A stretch of DNA of 64,000 bases, from the NCBI GenBank assembly GCA_964270895.1, contig OZ185437.1; one strand, written 5' to 3'. Positions 35,856-49,567 of the stretch are shown here, piece by piece. The notes under the pieces were generated by a model. It was not told the origin of the DNA, searched no databases, and was given only the letters and a program-made list of their open reading frames with translations. Source of the DNA: Podarcis filfolensis (Eukaryota). Within the stretch, counting starts at the first letter, position 1. Every line of letters begins with the position of its first letter. Made by a program: the position numbers and the translations under genes.

Positions 35856-36896
35856 CTGAAGTGGGAAAACAAGACAGACACAGTGAAAAAAAGGGAGGGG
35901 GGAGTGATTGCAGATCTACAGGCACCCTATGCCCACGCACTCAGCAATATGACTCTAACACCATAAATCTAGGTCTTTTAGAATTCATCCTACCTCCTGC
36001 AGCTTCCTTCATTTACAGCCTCTCCACAGTGACAACATTTCTGCTTCTATCGTGCCAACTACTAGTTCCTACTTCCTAGACCCCTCGCCCTGCCTCCAAT
36101 CAGTCGCTATTCCAGGGGCTACATGCTCTTCCAGTTTTACCACCACCCCTTCCTCTCTTCCAACTGGGCTGGGGGAGTTTTCAGAGGTAACAATGAACAA
36201 AACAAAATGTTCTGGCTTTATACACCTCTCTATCAAGACCAAGTGGAGGAGACAAATGAATATATTGTTCATAAATTCAGGAGGCAAGATTTGAGCTCAA
36301 ACCTAGGACTAAAGGAATATACAACATAAAGAAAAGTGTGTAGGAGTTGGACCATGCACTTCCCATTTCACAGGACTCTTCCTTCTGAAATGGAGCTCTA
36401 AACTATCCCAGAGACTTTGGCTGAATATGAAATGGGTCTCCTCTGCCTCCAGCCACCCTTGGAAGAACAAACCAATACCTATTCTGCAGCTGGCTTATTC
36501 TGAGATTTTGGCTCCCATTTACTCTGCATCCAGTGCATTTCCAATGCTGGTTTGAGAAACAGTGTACACATGATGCTAGAGATAATCCACACCTATCCTT
36601 TATCTAGCCTGTCATTCCTTATTAAATGCTGCATTTCTGATGCCTTCTCCCCTTCCCAATCAGCTTAATCTTAAGCGAATAATGTGTACACAGTCTTAAA
36701 CACTCTAAGGGATGGGGAAGTGGAGCCAAGAACCTACATCCTCTGCTCAAAGTGAGACTCTCATTATTTTATTCTGACCAGGGACATTCACTGAAGACCA
36801 GCTGGGGAAAGGAAAATGGGATGATAAGGAGACAGTGACCTAGCTACTGCTTTACAGAGCCTCTTTTAAGTAAGATGCAAAGCTTTTTTGTCTTAC

Positions 36897-37066
36897 CTTT
36901 CTACAGATTTCCCACATACTGTATCCCATTTGTCTCTGAGTTCACTCAGCATATCATCCAGTTTCAGATTGTCATCAGCTAGGGAAGTTTTTTCTTTCAA
37001 AGCACGTCCACTTCTATTTGTGGTGTCATACACAGAATGTTTAGCTCCAAGAGCCTTCTGGAACTC
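36897..37066 (-). CDS. DST: DST exon ([10 protein letters not shown]...GKSVER), 170 nt, phase 0-2
   Basis: gaacag| and |gtaaga. Confidence 0.95.
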
Positions 37067-38433
37067 CTGTTCAAGAAAGGGACCCAATATGAAGCACATA
37101 CCACACATAACCTACACAACTTATTTTGTGCCGTTTGGAGACAAAGACCACACTCACACATCATGGTAAGCCATAAAGCATGGCTTACAATGCATGGATG
37201 AATTATGCCCACTTCACTCTTCCCATCTCATGTACAGAGGAAACGAATCAGCTACGATCCCTGGCTTAGTGTTACTTCTGAACCAGGGATCATGGTTTGC
37301 TTCTCTTCCAACAAACCACAATTTCTAGCAAAGCTCCGCTTTTGGCTTAGCACTCATGGCTTGTTGACAGTGAAATAAAGCATGATCCCAAAGCCGAGGA
37401 TCAGGGTTTGAGTCTTCTGTGTATTAGTAGGGAGGAAATAAACAGCCCAGCTAGGCATGTTCATGGTCAATCATTATCTATGATTTATCAGATGTGTGAA
37501 CAGGGCCAAACACAATGAATGATATTTTCATACAAACTACATTTAGCAAGGAAATATCATGAAATGTCACCGGGACATTTAGATTCCAGAACCCGCTGGC
37601 ATTTATTCCAGAATATACCTCGTGTCCCTGGGATCAATAAGACTATCAATCAAATGACTTTAATTGAGCAATTAAAATAAGTTATGCAAGAGAAATGGTA
37701 GCAAGGCATTGGTGCTCAGCTTGAAGTCATAGTGCACAAGTTTGGACTGTCTTCTACAAAGCATTTACACCAAATCGCTAGCATTCAAATCAATGTAGAA
37801 GTCCATGTTAAATCATCTGAAACCCAATACCTTAGGTTTATTGATTATGGACTAGAATAAATAAGCTACACTGGAAAATATTGTTCCATTCTTTACCATT
37901 AAAAAAGGAACATGACAAACCTTAGGTTATCTTGCATTCAGTACACTACTTAAGAAAGTATTAAATGCTAAATACTACAGAGAGCAAGTGCCCCCCATGT
38001 AAACAATGAAATGCTTGATTATTTCTGTATTGCTATCTTCTCTGGATTAGGGCTGTGCTAAGATTATCAAGATGTACATCTATCATGCTTTTGCAAGAAG
38101 GCACAAATAAGGAATCCGCCAAAGAAATGTTGGTCAGTAGAAACGCAAGACTCAATTTTGTGAATTCTTTGGTGGCTATATCATTTACAAATATTCTCTA
38201 GAATGAAACTCACAAGCAATTACAGTCATTGAATAAAAAAGAATTATCCTACCAATGTCACTTCTGTAAAGTAAATGGAGATTGACTCGTAATGAGGTGT
38301 ATATTAACCTAAAAATGGGGGGGGGGTAAGCTGATGTGGTAACCTAAATATGATTTGGACCTCCAATAGCACCAGCCAACATGACGAATAGTCAGGGATG
38401 ATGGGTGTTGTAGTCCAGCAATTTTTTGAAGGA

Positions 38434-38786
38434 TAAGGTAAAGGTAAAGGGACCCCTTACCATTAGGTCCAGTCGTGACCGACTCTGGGGTTGCGGTGCT
38501 CATCTCGCTTTATTGGCCGAGGGAGCCAGCGTACAGCTTCCGGGTCATGTGGCCAGCATGACTAAGCCACTTCTGGCAAACCAGAGCAGCACACGGAAAT
38601 GCCGTTTACCTTCCCTCCGGAGCGGTACCTATTTATCTACTTGCACTTTGACGTGCTTTCGAACTGCTAGGTTGGCAGCAGCAGGGACCGAGCAACGGGA
38701 GCTCACCCCGTTGCGGGGATTCGAACCACCAACCTTCTGATCAGCAAGTCCTAGGCTCTGTGGTTTAACCCACAGCGCCACCCGCC
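38434..38786 (-). mobile_element. Sauria SINE, near full length
   Basis: tRNA-like head with A-box (TGGCGCTGTGG) and B-box (GGTTCGAATCC, 38717-38727); (ACCTTT)n tail. Confidence 0.94.
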
Positions 38787-40026
38787 TTAAAATATATCAA
38801 TATTCTTTTTTTAAAAAAAAATTCCTTGAAAAAGGGATTAAGACAAACTATACGGCCCATTCTTTCTTCACTGACTTCTAAATATAACATGCAAAGAGCT
38901 TGGTGGTGGTTGGGGACTGATAAAAAGGCAATGAATACTCCTTCAAATCTTTGGCAACATGTAACAAATACGAGACAGCTCATTTTTAAAATCTTCATTT
39001 CTCCTTATTTGACAAACTCCCAAAGAATGAAGCCAAGTTATTCCATATATCAAATAGAGCCTAGTCTACGGTCTTTAGCCTTAGATACTAAAAGCATTAA
39101 AACCTTCAACAATGGCTCAATGGTTTACTTTATAAAAGGAAGATTGAAAACATGCAGCAACCAAAGGCATGCAACATACAAATATTTGCTAAGAGGAGTA
39201 GCTAGGATTTTTTGAGGCTACTTTATGACTGTCCATGTATCGGGGGAATGAGAAGTTAATAGAGGTGGACAAGTCAGTATGTTTCCAGTGTGTGTCAGTT
39301 TACCAAATGTGCATTCATAAATCATTCCACCCCTTTTCTGAATTAATCTGCATTTTTGAATTTAAAAACAACATGAAAATTCAAATTTCTTTTTTTTAAA
39401 AAAATATTTCTAAAAATGTTTTCCCACAAAAGACCCATTTCTAAACATACTAATTGCCAGCTGAGTGTAAAAATCCAGTCCCAGAAATAGACCATTCTGA
39501 GCTCTTTTACAACTCAAAATCCTTCCAGAATGCACATACTGATGTGATTATCATCTGATCAGGGGCGAGGTCTGTAGTTCAGTGGTAAGACCCATCCTTT
39601 GCATATAGAAGGTACAGTTCCTGGCACCTCCATGTGTAGAATATTCCTGTGTGAAATCTGTGTGAAATCACATCCAGTTTGGTATAAAGCAGCTTCTGGT
39701 GTTCAGAAAAGGCAGTAGCAGTCATAATTAAGCAGAGCTGCTGGTTGATATGAATCCACTTGTGCATTATCTTTTATTTATAGTAATGATCTTACCCATT
39801 CATCTAGTCATGACAAGTTTTAACACCCTCTACATCCAGACAGAGTCTTAGGCAAAAACATCTGGGAGGGCCGAGTTTGAGGAAGCCTGTTTTAAGAGAT
39901 GGCAGAAAGGTGCCTGCCTGATGCAGACAGACAGGGAGTTCGAAAGTATAGATGCTGCCACATGGAAACAACGGTTTCTTACAAAAGGATCAAACCTCCT
40001 AACAAGAAACACGGTGGAAGGCAAAA

Positions 40027-40027
40027 G

Positions 40028-40059
<32 letters not shown>
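40027..40059. repeat. (AAC)n microsatellite
   Basis: Direct reading. Confidence 0.95.
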
Positions 40060-40863
40060 AACTAGCAGTGGATGTGCAAATCAAACAAAGCATTAAGAAA
40101 GAGTGTTTTGTTTTTTTAAGAGTAAGGTGCTAAAATTTGATTGACAACCAAGATATTGAGAATGCTAGGCAGACCAAAGTAACAGTAATTCTTGAACTTC
40201 AGCATGCAAGTAGTTTTGCAGAGCAGATAATCCCTGTTCACAGATTACTTTTCATCGCACATCACCAGATTTATGGAAAGGCGCTTGACAGCTGTGGACC
40301 CTTAACAGAAAAACTCTCTTTTTTCCTTCTGCAACGTTCATTTGTGTTGTTGACAGTCCCATTGCATCTAATGCATTTCCAAGTGGTGGTGGGGAATTGT
40401 TTCACTAAAGCGATTAAGGATTTGTCCATCAAACTGTACTTTGCTTATTTTTTTGAGATAAGCTGGGTTGTTTTTTGTTTAAAAAAACATGTTACAAATG
40501 GTGATCCACACAATCTCTGAGCCCGTCTTGAGTGTAGTTAAACTCTAGCAGATCCTATTGTCCTATAACATTGCACACAGGAAAAAATAGCATAGTGCCC
40601 TTTATCTTGTTCCTATGATTCTTTACTATTGTGCTTTTCCTTTCCACATGTAGTTTCAGAAGATGGAACCCTGCAGAGAAACCTCCCAGCTTCTATTTAT
40701 TTTACAAGCTGGAAAACTGCCAGTGTTTGAATTTGATGGTGGCAAACATTCCAACCTAGTGACCAATAAATCTCCCTCCTCCTGCTAATTACACAGTGCT
40801 TGGTTCACTGGCTTTCCTGCCATCTGATTGGACAGCCTCTACATTCCATTACCAGTGACTCAC

Positions 40864-40983
40864 CTTATGCTGGGCAAGCTGCATCTTAATTTTGTCTGGA
40901 TCATTTGCAATTTCAAGCTCTGCATCCAGAGTCTTTTCTGAATCATCCAGCCATTCAGTAAGTTTGTTCCAGGCTTCATGGAA
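40864..40983 (-). CDS. DST: DST exon ([12 protein letters not shown]...QLAQHK), 120 nt
   Basis: ccacag| and |gtgagt. Confidence 0.95.
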
Positions 40984-42647
40984 CTGTGGAAAAGCAAGAT
41001 TTTCAATTACATACATTGATAGGCATAGATTATGCATTCAAAACATTCAACGCACATTTAGCTTTGAAAAAATATTAAGGGTTGCATTCAGTTAGGTTTC
41101 ACTCAGAGTGTATGCACTGAAATTAATGGGTCTAAGTCAGTCATGTCTACTAATTTAAATGGGGAGGGTGCAGGGTAGGCGAGGACGGGAAGCCAAGTTG
41201 CATTGGCAGATCTCAGAGTGCTGGCTTCCACTGGTGCAACAACTTAGTTGAATCAGGCCCACAATATTAAAAGCCAGGCAATCCAGACTGGACTCACACA
41301 AATAAATGTTGGACCAAAGGACTATTTCCCTTTTAGAGTGATGCAAATTATTTGAAATTTCTCTGGGATTGCTCAGTCAGCAGAGTATAAGGTTCAAGCC
41401 CCATGCTGGGAAAATCCAAGACTCCCAACCTCTATTGACACAGTGACATATCTACTTGACCAGGAGTGGCCCTTTCTGGCCCGAGGGCCACTCTGAGGGT
41501 TGCTGAACCCTTCAAGGGCCACATACTCTCAGCACAAACGCAAATAACATGCTGCCACCCATGCACCCACATGTAGAAACATACACTATACATACACACA
41601 ACATACCTAGAGGTCAATAGAACATGCATACTGTTTTTCTGCCAACATCAGTGCTGGACTAGGAAGAGGGGATCCTTTCCTCCTAGCCCAGGGCTGGAAT
41701 GAGAACAAGAGGCCCCCAGTTACCCTGCCAATGTGCCTCTTCTCCTTTTGGCAAGGAAACATTGAAAGCAGGACCTGGAGCTCAGGAAACAGAAGGAAGT
41801 GCTTCTGTGTCTCTTGAGTTCAGTGTCCTACTTCTGGCATCACAGCAGAAGGAGAAGAGGCACCTTTGCTATTAAGTGGAGGAAGAGGTCCCAAATTTTC
41901 TGGGGGCAAGTAAGTTGCCTGACATAGCCTCATGGGTCCCATGTGATCCATGGGTTTGCCACTCTTTCCTTAGACACACTATCTTGTTGGGATGATAAAG
42001 TGTTGTTTTGAGGGTATTGCAATCATGCAGAGACAGTACTTCCTTATTTTTTATATGGGATGTTGTTTTGTTTAAAAATAGCCCACATGACAACTGCAGC
42101 CCACATGAAAAACTAACACACATAATCAAAAGTTTGAGTTGCCTGCTTCATGTAGCCATCTCTCTGTCCCACCAAAATATGGGCTCTGATTTTCATCCAC
42201 CTCCTCTACACATACATAAAACCCTGAAATGACATGATCCCTACACAGTCATATCCCTTTGATAATGAGCCTCAGCCTAAGTTGACACTACAAAAATGTT
42301 GAGAAGGCTAGAAGCACCCATGTAGAGAGGTTGCAATTTGTTTCAGAAAATGGTGGATTAATGAAGATGATTGTGAAAAATAAAATAAGGATGAACTTCC
42401 CATGCAAAACAGGAACACTACATCCATATACCACTCTGTTGCTTGGTTGGAAAGTAAAGATTCTACTTTCACTTTTGGTGTCTGGCCTGAAGAAACAGCC
42501 ATTCTGGTTCCCACTACTTGCCAAACCTGTTGATCTAATATTCCAGTTTCCTCCAGATGACTTAAAGTCATCACACTGTTCATTTAAACATGGGTTTAGT
42601 TACAGCAAGGTTACGCTCAAATTGTTATGGAAGACTTGTCACATTAC

Positions 42648-42854
42648 CTGCTTGGCACGCTTCCTTGCATCATCCAAAGCTCTTCCTCTTTCCACTAAGC
42701 GCTGAACTACTTTTTCCCATCTACTCTGGACACTGATCAGCAGATTTTTAATGAGGACAACGTCCTGTTTCTGGCTGAAGTATTTCAAATGTGTTCCAGT
42801 TTTGTCCAGCTCAATAATCTGGTCACGGTGGGCATTCACTTCATTGGCAAAGAC
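42648..42854 (-). CDS. DST: DST exon ([12 protein letters not shown]...RKRAKQ), 207 nt
   Basis: ttcacaag| (AAG acceptor) and |gtaatg. Confidence 0.95.
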
Positions 42855-43113
42855 CTTGTGAAAGAAAGAAAAAAGATAGTATTTGAAAAGCTTCAGAGTC
42901 TTCTAGGATGCAGATATATACCTAAGAAGTGATGGTGTTATGCACTGCTTTATGGGTCAGAGACACTATAAAATGTCACTTTAAAAAACTGTAAAATGTC
43001 TTTGGATTTTAATGGTGCTGGCTTGCTTTAAACATTAATACAAGCCAGCCAGCCTGTGGGTCCAAGGAACGGGAAGAAGAAAGTTGCACATCTGTTGTTG
43101 TTTCTGTACATAC

Positions 43114-43269
43114 CTTGTGTTCATCAATTTGAAATAAGACAGTATCCAAGATAAGACTTGGCCGAGAAGCTACTGTCAAGGTTTGCTCAGCTTGAGTAAG
43201 CCAGTTGATGAAGTCCTGCAGTGAGTTGTGGAACTCCATTGCCAAATTGAGAGCTTCTTCCAGTTTGAT
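43114..43269 (-). CDS. DST: DST exon ([13 protein letters not shown]...QIDEHK), 156 nt
   Basis: cttacag| and |gtatgt. Confidence 0.95.
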
Positions 43270-44168
43270 CTGTAAGAACACACCATAAATTAGCAGCAGT
43301 GGACAGTTTATACTAGAAACTATATAAACTTTATAGAGAAATAAACCAAATCATGTCTGAATGTAATTTGGAAGAAGGCCACTGTTGTCCTGTTGCCTAC
43401 ACCCCGCCCCCCCCCCCCGTTTAATACTGGTATGCTCTGAATATTTAAACAACACACAAGGAAAAATATTTCTAAAAATATTTCAGCAGAAACTGACAAA
43501 ACAGAGAACCTACAAGGACTGAGCAGGCAGAAGAGCATCCAATGCCACATACAGATTCCTGCCATTCAGTGCTAAATGATGAGCCTTACAAATATTCAGA
43601 CAGTAATCCAGGAACATCATTTCAGCTTTGATTCTGCTTGCATGAAAAGGGGATGATATGCGGTTGCATTGCATGAAGGATTAGGAAGATAAAGTTGGGA
43701 ATTTGCACTATGGAGACTATCCTTTTTTGCCGAACGCAGGTCTAGTTCAGACAACTTTGGGGCTGGTAAGTCTTTGTGCAGAACGGAAGCTACCCCCCTC
43801 TCTTTCACCGTACAGATTATTGCTGTTTCAGATGTTATGAGAGTGAGTGTTAAGCTCCTGTCCTCCCCACTATGGCACAGTCAGAAGGAGAAATTCAAGA
43901 GGTTTCATTTTTATTTATTTATTAACTAGAGCCTTTCATAGCATCCAAACTCATGTGTTTAATCTTAACTATGGCTTGCCGAAATGGAAAAAAAAATTAA
44001 GCCATAGTTTAAGAAGCTGTCTTGTTTATGCAGTTTATGGTTCAGATGCAGTGCTAAACAGTGGTTTATCCAAAATGGAAGTGGAAGCTTTCGATCTTCC
44101 CCTCGGGGCGGAGAGGAGAGGGGAGTGAACAAGGACTCAGCTAGATTGTATATGCGATATAACAGTGT

Positions 44169-44185
44169 CCTACCAGATGGCGCTG
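44169..44185 (+). promoter_or_regulatory. Putative CTCF binding site
   Basis: CCTACCAGATGGCGCTG closely fits the CTCF core consensus; local CpG retention. Confidence 0.6.
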
Positions 44186-45117
44186 TGGAGTCCCGTTTTT
44201 CTCTACCTGTTTCCCCTGTTTAAATTTACAACGCATTTAACTGAAACACTTCTTTAATGTGTCTAGAGGCTAGTCTAGCTGCAACTTAAGTTTTGAGGCT
44301 AGCTGCGACTTATCCCCCAATGCTAAATAATGGTTTAGTGATACAATGTGAACTGGGCCCCTTTCTCATACAGGTGAAGAATATAATGTGTTGGGTGTCA
44401 ACATGGTTTGTCTACAATATCATACGTAACTGTACTGACTACCCAAGGTTTTGCTGGCCCAGGCTATCTAATACAATTGAAACAATCCTGTAAATTTACA
44501 TTATATGAGAATGCAAATACTCTTTTTTCCAAGAATGGCTTCATTTGTTTGTTTAATCATTTCTGTTTCTTATGAACACATTTGTATTTCAGCTGTTTCA
44601 AGATGTAATTTATAGTCTGGCTCAGAGTAAACTGTTTATCTATGTTTGGAATATTTTTTATTTTTATTTTTTTTACAAAAGAATGTCCACCCCCATGGAA
44701 ACCCATAGCTATGAGTAAGATGCTTATCCAGGAATATGAGGTCGCCTCCCAGAGGGCACGAGAGAGGCCTCATCACTTAAAACTTTTAAGAACTGCTATG
44801 TTCAAATGCCAGCAATAAAATTAAAGCATCAGTTCCAAGCTGACAGGATGATGGACTGGGTGGCTAGAAAGGATTTATTCATTCCTTAGGTCTGCGACCT
44901 ATAGACTACAATAGGAGGTGTTTTCATTTACAAACATTGGTCTGCTGCCATGTAATTTATTGATCAGCTTTTCCAGATGAATCATGGTGTGTGACATCAT
45001 TTACAGGTTTAATTGCATGGATCCCTAGCGCCTACTAAAAGGAAAATTCTGTATTTGCAATATTCTAATATTAAGACACATTTCAGAGAATTTCCCCATG
45101 TTCAATATGCAACATAC

Positions 45118-45288
45118 TTTTCTTTCACTCAGCTTTGTTTCCACCGATTCCCATTTCTCTTTAAGATTATTTATGTCCTGCTCAACATTTGTTTCAATAG
45201 TCTCTAGGCATCTTGCAAGCATCTGTAGGCCCTTTTGCATCAGACACTTGTATGTTTCTTCTTTAGCTTCAAAGGCAGCACAGAGTTC
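45118..45288 (-). CDS. DST: DST exon ([14 protein letters not shown]...KLSERK), 171 nt
   Basis: gtttag| and |gtatgt. Confidence 0.95.
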
Positions 45289-46362
45289 CTAAACAAAGAG
45301 GGAAAGTATTGCAAATCGTTAATGCATAAACATTTATTCGAAAATGTTACCCCCTTAAAAGCTTCACATATTACTTTAAACATGCTAGCTATATTTTGGG
45401 GAGTTAATGTGAGCTGAACAAAGGAGGTGCCACTGTGCATTTCCAGACCTGGGCAGTCTGCAGCCCACAACTTATTTCCAGGGGCATGGATATACCACTT
45501 CTCCCTTCCCTCTCCAGGTTCAAAAGAGAGGCTAAAACAAGGGCTGTTCAGAACACAAGAAATAGCCCAGTAAAATCTGATTTATTACTTGTGTGTGAGA
45601 CAGTCATAAGCTTTGGCCTGTGCCCTTAAATTTCTGCGTGAAATGAACCATCTTACCAGGCCATGGTGATCAAAGCTGATCGAAAACAAAGGCATAACCA
45701 CAGAAGATTGTGAAGCTGCTAACAGAAAAACCCACCAGCTACGATTTGCATCTCCGTCAAATATGTACTTATCGTCTAAGTTAGCTTTTCTAAGAAATAT
45801 ACACCAAGGCTCGGGTGCAAAGAAAGGCAGTTTGTGTGCCTTGTTTGCCTGGGGCTGGCTGTTTTATTTTTAAAGCTGTTTCATTTAAAAAGGAAGTAGA
45901 AAAGCTTTCTCCCACACGTGAGTGCCATTTCTTTACATTCCAGACCTTGGTTGCAATGCTGCACATGCTTGCAGCACCACTGAATGATAACCTAAATCTG
46001 AACCTAGTTGCAGTTAAGAACTTAATCTTATATTCTAAGTACAAGAGGGCAAGCAACTGTTAATGAGGTTTTGGCTCTGAACTACTTCATTCAGACACTG
46101 AAAAGAAGAATACCATTGTGCTGTCTGGTAACTTAGAGTACAGTCTTTGCCTCTGTGTACTGGTAACATGAGTTGTATTGATGAGGCAGGAAATAATAAA
46201 TGGAGAATGTTCTGCAATCATTGGCTAGCTTTTTAAAAAATGTTCTAACAAAAGCTAAGGAACAATAGAATAAGCTCTCAAATTTGAGACTGCAAGTAAA
46301 TTCAAAAACAATCTGGTTTAAAGAGGAGGATATACAGAAAAGGAAAAAAACTCAACTGTCAG

Positions 46363-46513
46363 CAGTTCTCAGCATTATTTTACAGGGAAGAAAAAGACTT
46401 TAAGGGTATTCTTGATGACTCTAGTACTCAGCTAAACTTTATAGCTGAGTAACAGAGTCATCAACAATACCCTTAAAGTCTTTTTCTTCCCCGTAAAATA
46501 ATGCTGAGAACTG
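46363..46513. repeat. 151-bp near-perfect palindrome (72-bp arms, 7-nt loop)
   Basis: 46363-46434 pairs with 46442-46513 at 68 of 72 positions. Confidence 0.97.
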
Positions 46514-46687
46514 TTCAGACATACACATGTACTGCTCAATCAGTTTTGCTAATTAGTAAATTACCAAAAAAAAAAAGAGTGTTCTCATTAAACCTTACAG
46601 GCATTTCATTTTGCAAATGTTTCACTACGAACGGCCACAAAAGTTTAGCTTCCAAATTGGGACCATCTGCAATATTGAGATCCTTAC

Positions 46688-46816
46688 CATATGGATATTA
46701 AGCTGTTCTCTTGCAGTCTCTGGTAAACCACCAACGGGTTTCGATGCCAAAAGCTGACGCTCCGTTTCTGTCAGCCATTGTTGCAGATCTTCAACTTCAC
46801 CATGGAAACCTTGGGC
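46688..46816 (-). CDS. DST: DST exon ([15 protein letters not shown]...QLNIHM), 129 nt
   Basis: cacttag| (weak pyrimidine tract) and |gtaagg. Confidence 0.94.
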
Positions 46817-47512
46817 CTAAGTGATACATCACCACAGCATTTCAGAACATATTTCAATAACCTAACATGCTACATCAGCTAAGGGGTTGTAAATGTTGAG
46901 CCTATGAAATCAGACTTAAGGGGGGGGAAAACTCTAAAAAGAAATGCTACTAAACCAGAGATATCCTCTGGAGTAAAAACTGCAAATTGTTGTCCGTATA
47001 ATGAAACAGGGTAAAATGTAAAAGAAAGAAGTAAGGAAGGAAGGAAGGACCCACAAACATTTCATCAATTGTATGAAACTTTTAATGGAGATATATAGAT
47101 GTGGGTGTTTGCTAATTATATTTTATATTTCAAATAATTCCAATTGGAAATGCATTTTTTAAAATCATCCATACAGTAAATACGACTGCAAATATTAATT
47201 ACAGTACTGTTAGGCACAGAGAAAAACTGCTGTACAAATGGGTACTTAAGCACACAAACTCAGGCTCAGTGATAGTTATGATCTATAACTTGATACTTCA
47301 AATTATTGCTAGTTCTCCAAGGGCACAATCCAGCCAAAGTTATCCATTTCTGAGTCCTACGATTTCAGTGACAGAAAGCTAACTAACTGGGTTCCCAATT
47401 CTCCTGTGGAAATCAGTAGGACTGTAAAAGAACCTAACATTGGCTGAAATGTGCTCAAATATATTAATTCAATGCAAGTTTATTTCCCTTTTGTTCAGTT
47501 TCTCATACACAC

Positions 47513-47710
47513 CTGGATCAAAGCACTGTCCAGCTGCAGCTTCCTCTTTTCTGTTTTTTCCAAGACATTTTGCCATCGCTGATTCAGAAGTTCCAGCTTG
47601 CTTTGCAGATTGCTCGCTTCTTCAACTGCACTTGACTGAATAAGGTCATTTCCTGCTTTCTTAACTGTTTCCACAGTGGACTGGTGAGCCAAGACATCAT
47701 TTTGCAGCAC
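47513..47710 (-). CDS. DST: DST exon ([10 protein letters not shown]...DSALIQ), 198 nt
   Basis: cttcag| and |gtgtgt. Confidence 0.95.
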
Positions 47711-48140
47711 CTGAAGTTACAAACATGTCATGCCTCGCAGTATTTTAAAAACGCTAATTTCACTCAGTTGTACTAAAGTAGCAACATAATAATTTCAGCA
47801 AAAAACACTGCGGGCAGTATTTAAGTATAGCACATACAGGATTCAGAGTTTGCCTAAGGGAATGCGACTATCATTAATAGTTTACAATCATCCCTGACCT
47901 AACAGCATTATCTTTACTACCAAAAATCATTACATATTTTAGTGTGCTCTATTTGTAAAAGAAGCTATGACTAAATTTAGCGTTTTTTCTTTACTTCCAT
48001 AACTGTTTATACTCTCCTAATAGGAAAGTATTTCTTACAACATTACTGTAATGGTTGATACAAAGGGAATCCAGACATGATAGCATCCCATTAACGTAAC
48101 TAGGAGGCATGGGCATTCACAATATTTTTTTTTGGGGGGG

Positions 48141-48380
48141 GGACCCATCTAGTCCAGCATCCTGTTCTCACAGTGGCCAACCAAATGCTTCTGGGAAATG
48201 CACAAGCAGGACCTGAGCACGAGAACACTCCCAATCTCCCGTGCTTTCCAGCAACTGGTATTCAGAAGCACTGATGAGTCCAATTGTGCAGGCATATTGT
48301 TCATGGTTAGTAGCAATCGATAGCCCTCTTCTCCATGCATTTTTTCCTAATCCTATTTTAAAGCCATCTTGGCTGGCAGC
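48141..48380 (-). mobile_element. CR1-type LINE 3' UTR fragment
   Basis: cccatctagtccagcatcctgttctcacagtggccaacc motif shared with the 18759 and 59750 copies. Confidence 0.65.
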
Positions 48381-49567
48381 CAACAATGAAGGTGGGGGAG
48401 CAGCCTAATTTCTTCCCATGTAGTAGAATACTGTCTGCATATTTCATCTCCTGTTGTGCTCCTCCTATTAACCTATTCATTATAGAAACCTGCTATTTAA
48501 AAAAATGAAAGCTCTGAGGATTATGGTTCAGTCAAGAGAGAGGTGCAACTGCCTGTCCCCATGGATAGCGCCTCCTATTTAGGACCTCTAAGGGTGGCTA
48601 AGTGGCCAAAGTGCCCAAGGGTCAAAGTATATGGGTTCAGGGGTGTTATGTAACATTCTGCTAATTTCTTCATGGAGTTATGCCAAGCTATCCAAATCTT
48701 CCTATATGCTGAATCCTGTGAGAATGGACATTGCATCTCAGGGATGGCTGCCAAATCAAGAGAAAAAATTTTAGGGAGTTTGAAGAAAATGGTATTTAAG
48801 CCAATGGGCAAATAAAGAGAATCTGCCATATGAAAATAGCAGAAATGGATGTTTGTTGCAGGAATCATTAAGTGGATTGATCCTATGTGTAACATTCAGA
48901 TTTGGGGTAAGAGAAATGAAATTATATCACCGTAATGGTCTTCATAGTGCAGGAAAGGGAAACTTACTGTGTATGATGTGATTTAGTGAAGTGAGAACTA
49001 TGTTTGAATACACTCTCACTTCTGTGTTACAATTTGAACATGTAAAAAGATTTATTATTCATTGTTTTAAATAAATGTCCATCAATTCGAAAAAGTCAAA
49101 CTTTTATTACAGAAACAGGTGCCACTTTTTCTCCCCTCCACTCTTTTAGGACAATGGCAACTGCTTGCCAAGTTCCTGAATTTTTTGATGATCAAAGAGG
49201 AAGTACTCTCTAGCATGGAAGACTTAAATGAGCAGGAAGAACCTAAGAGTGAGTGTTTGCTGAACCCTTTCTGTACCTGCAATTCATTTATTAAGCCACG
49301 ACAGGTATGTGATGCTTTGCCAAGAATACGTTGTTTTTTTAAACCAATGAGATGTTCTGAACCATCATGACTGGGGAATGTAAAGAAGGGAGGAAACAAC
49401 AATATCTATATGTTAGCAATTATGTTTTGTAATACAAATTTATCTTTGGGCTTGCATCCTTTGAAATCATGATTTGGTGATGTACAAAAATGCTCTTTGC
49501 AAATGTTGCCATAAAAAGGATCCAGATATATCTAAAACAGTGGATCTCAGAATTATCAGTTACGTAC

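Noticed and set aside
38700-38786. tRNA gene (A- and B-boxes)
   Set aside because: It is the tRNA-derived head of a Sauria SINE, with no cloverleaf.
26894-42856. AAG 3' splice sites at three exons (42854, 29208, 26894)
   Set aside because: A minor but normal acceptor class; reading frames are intact.
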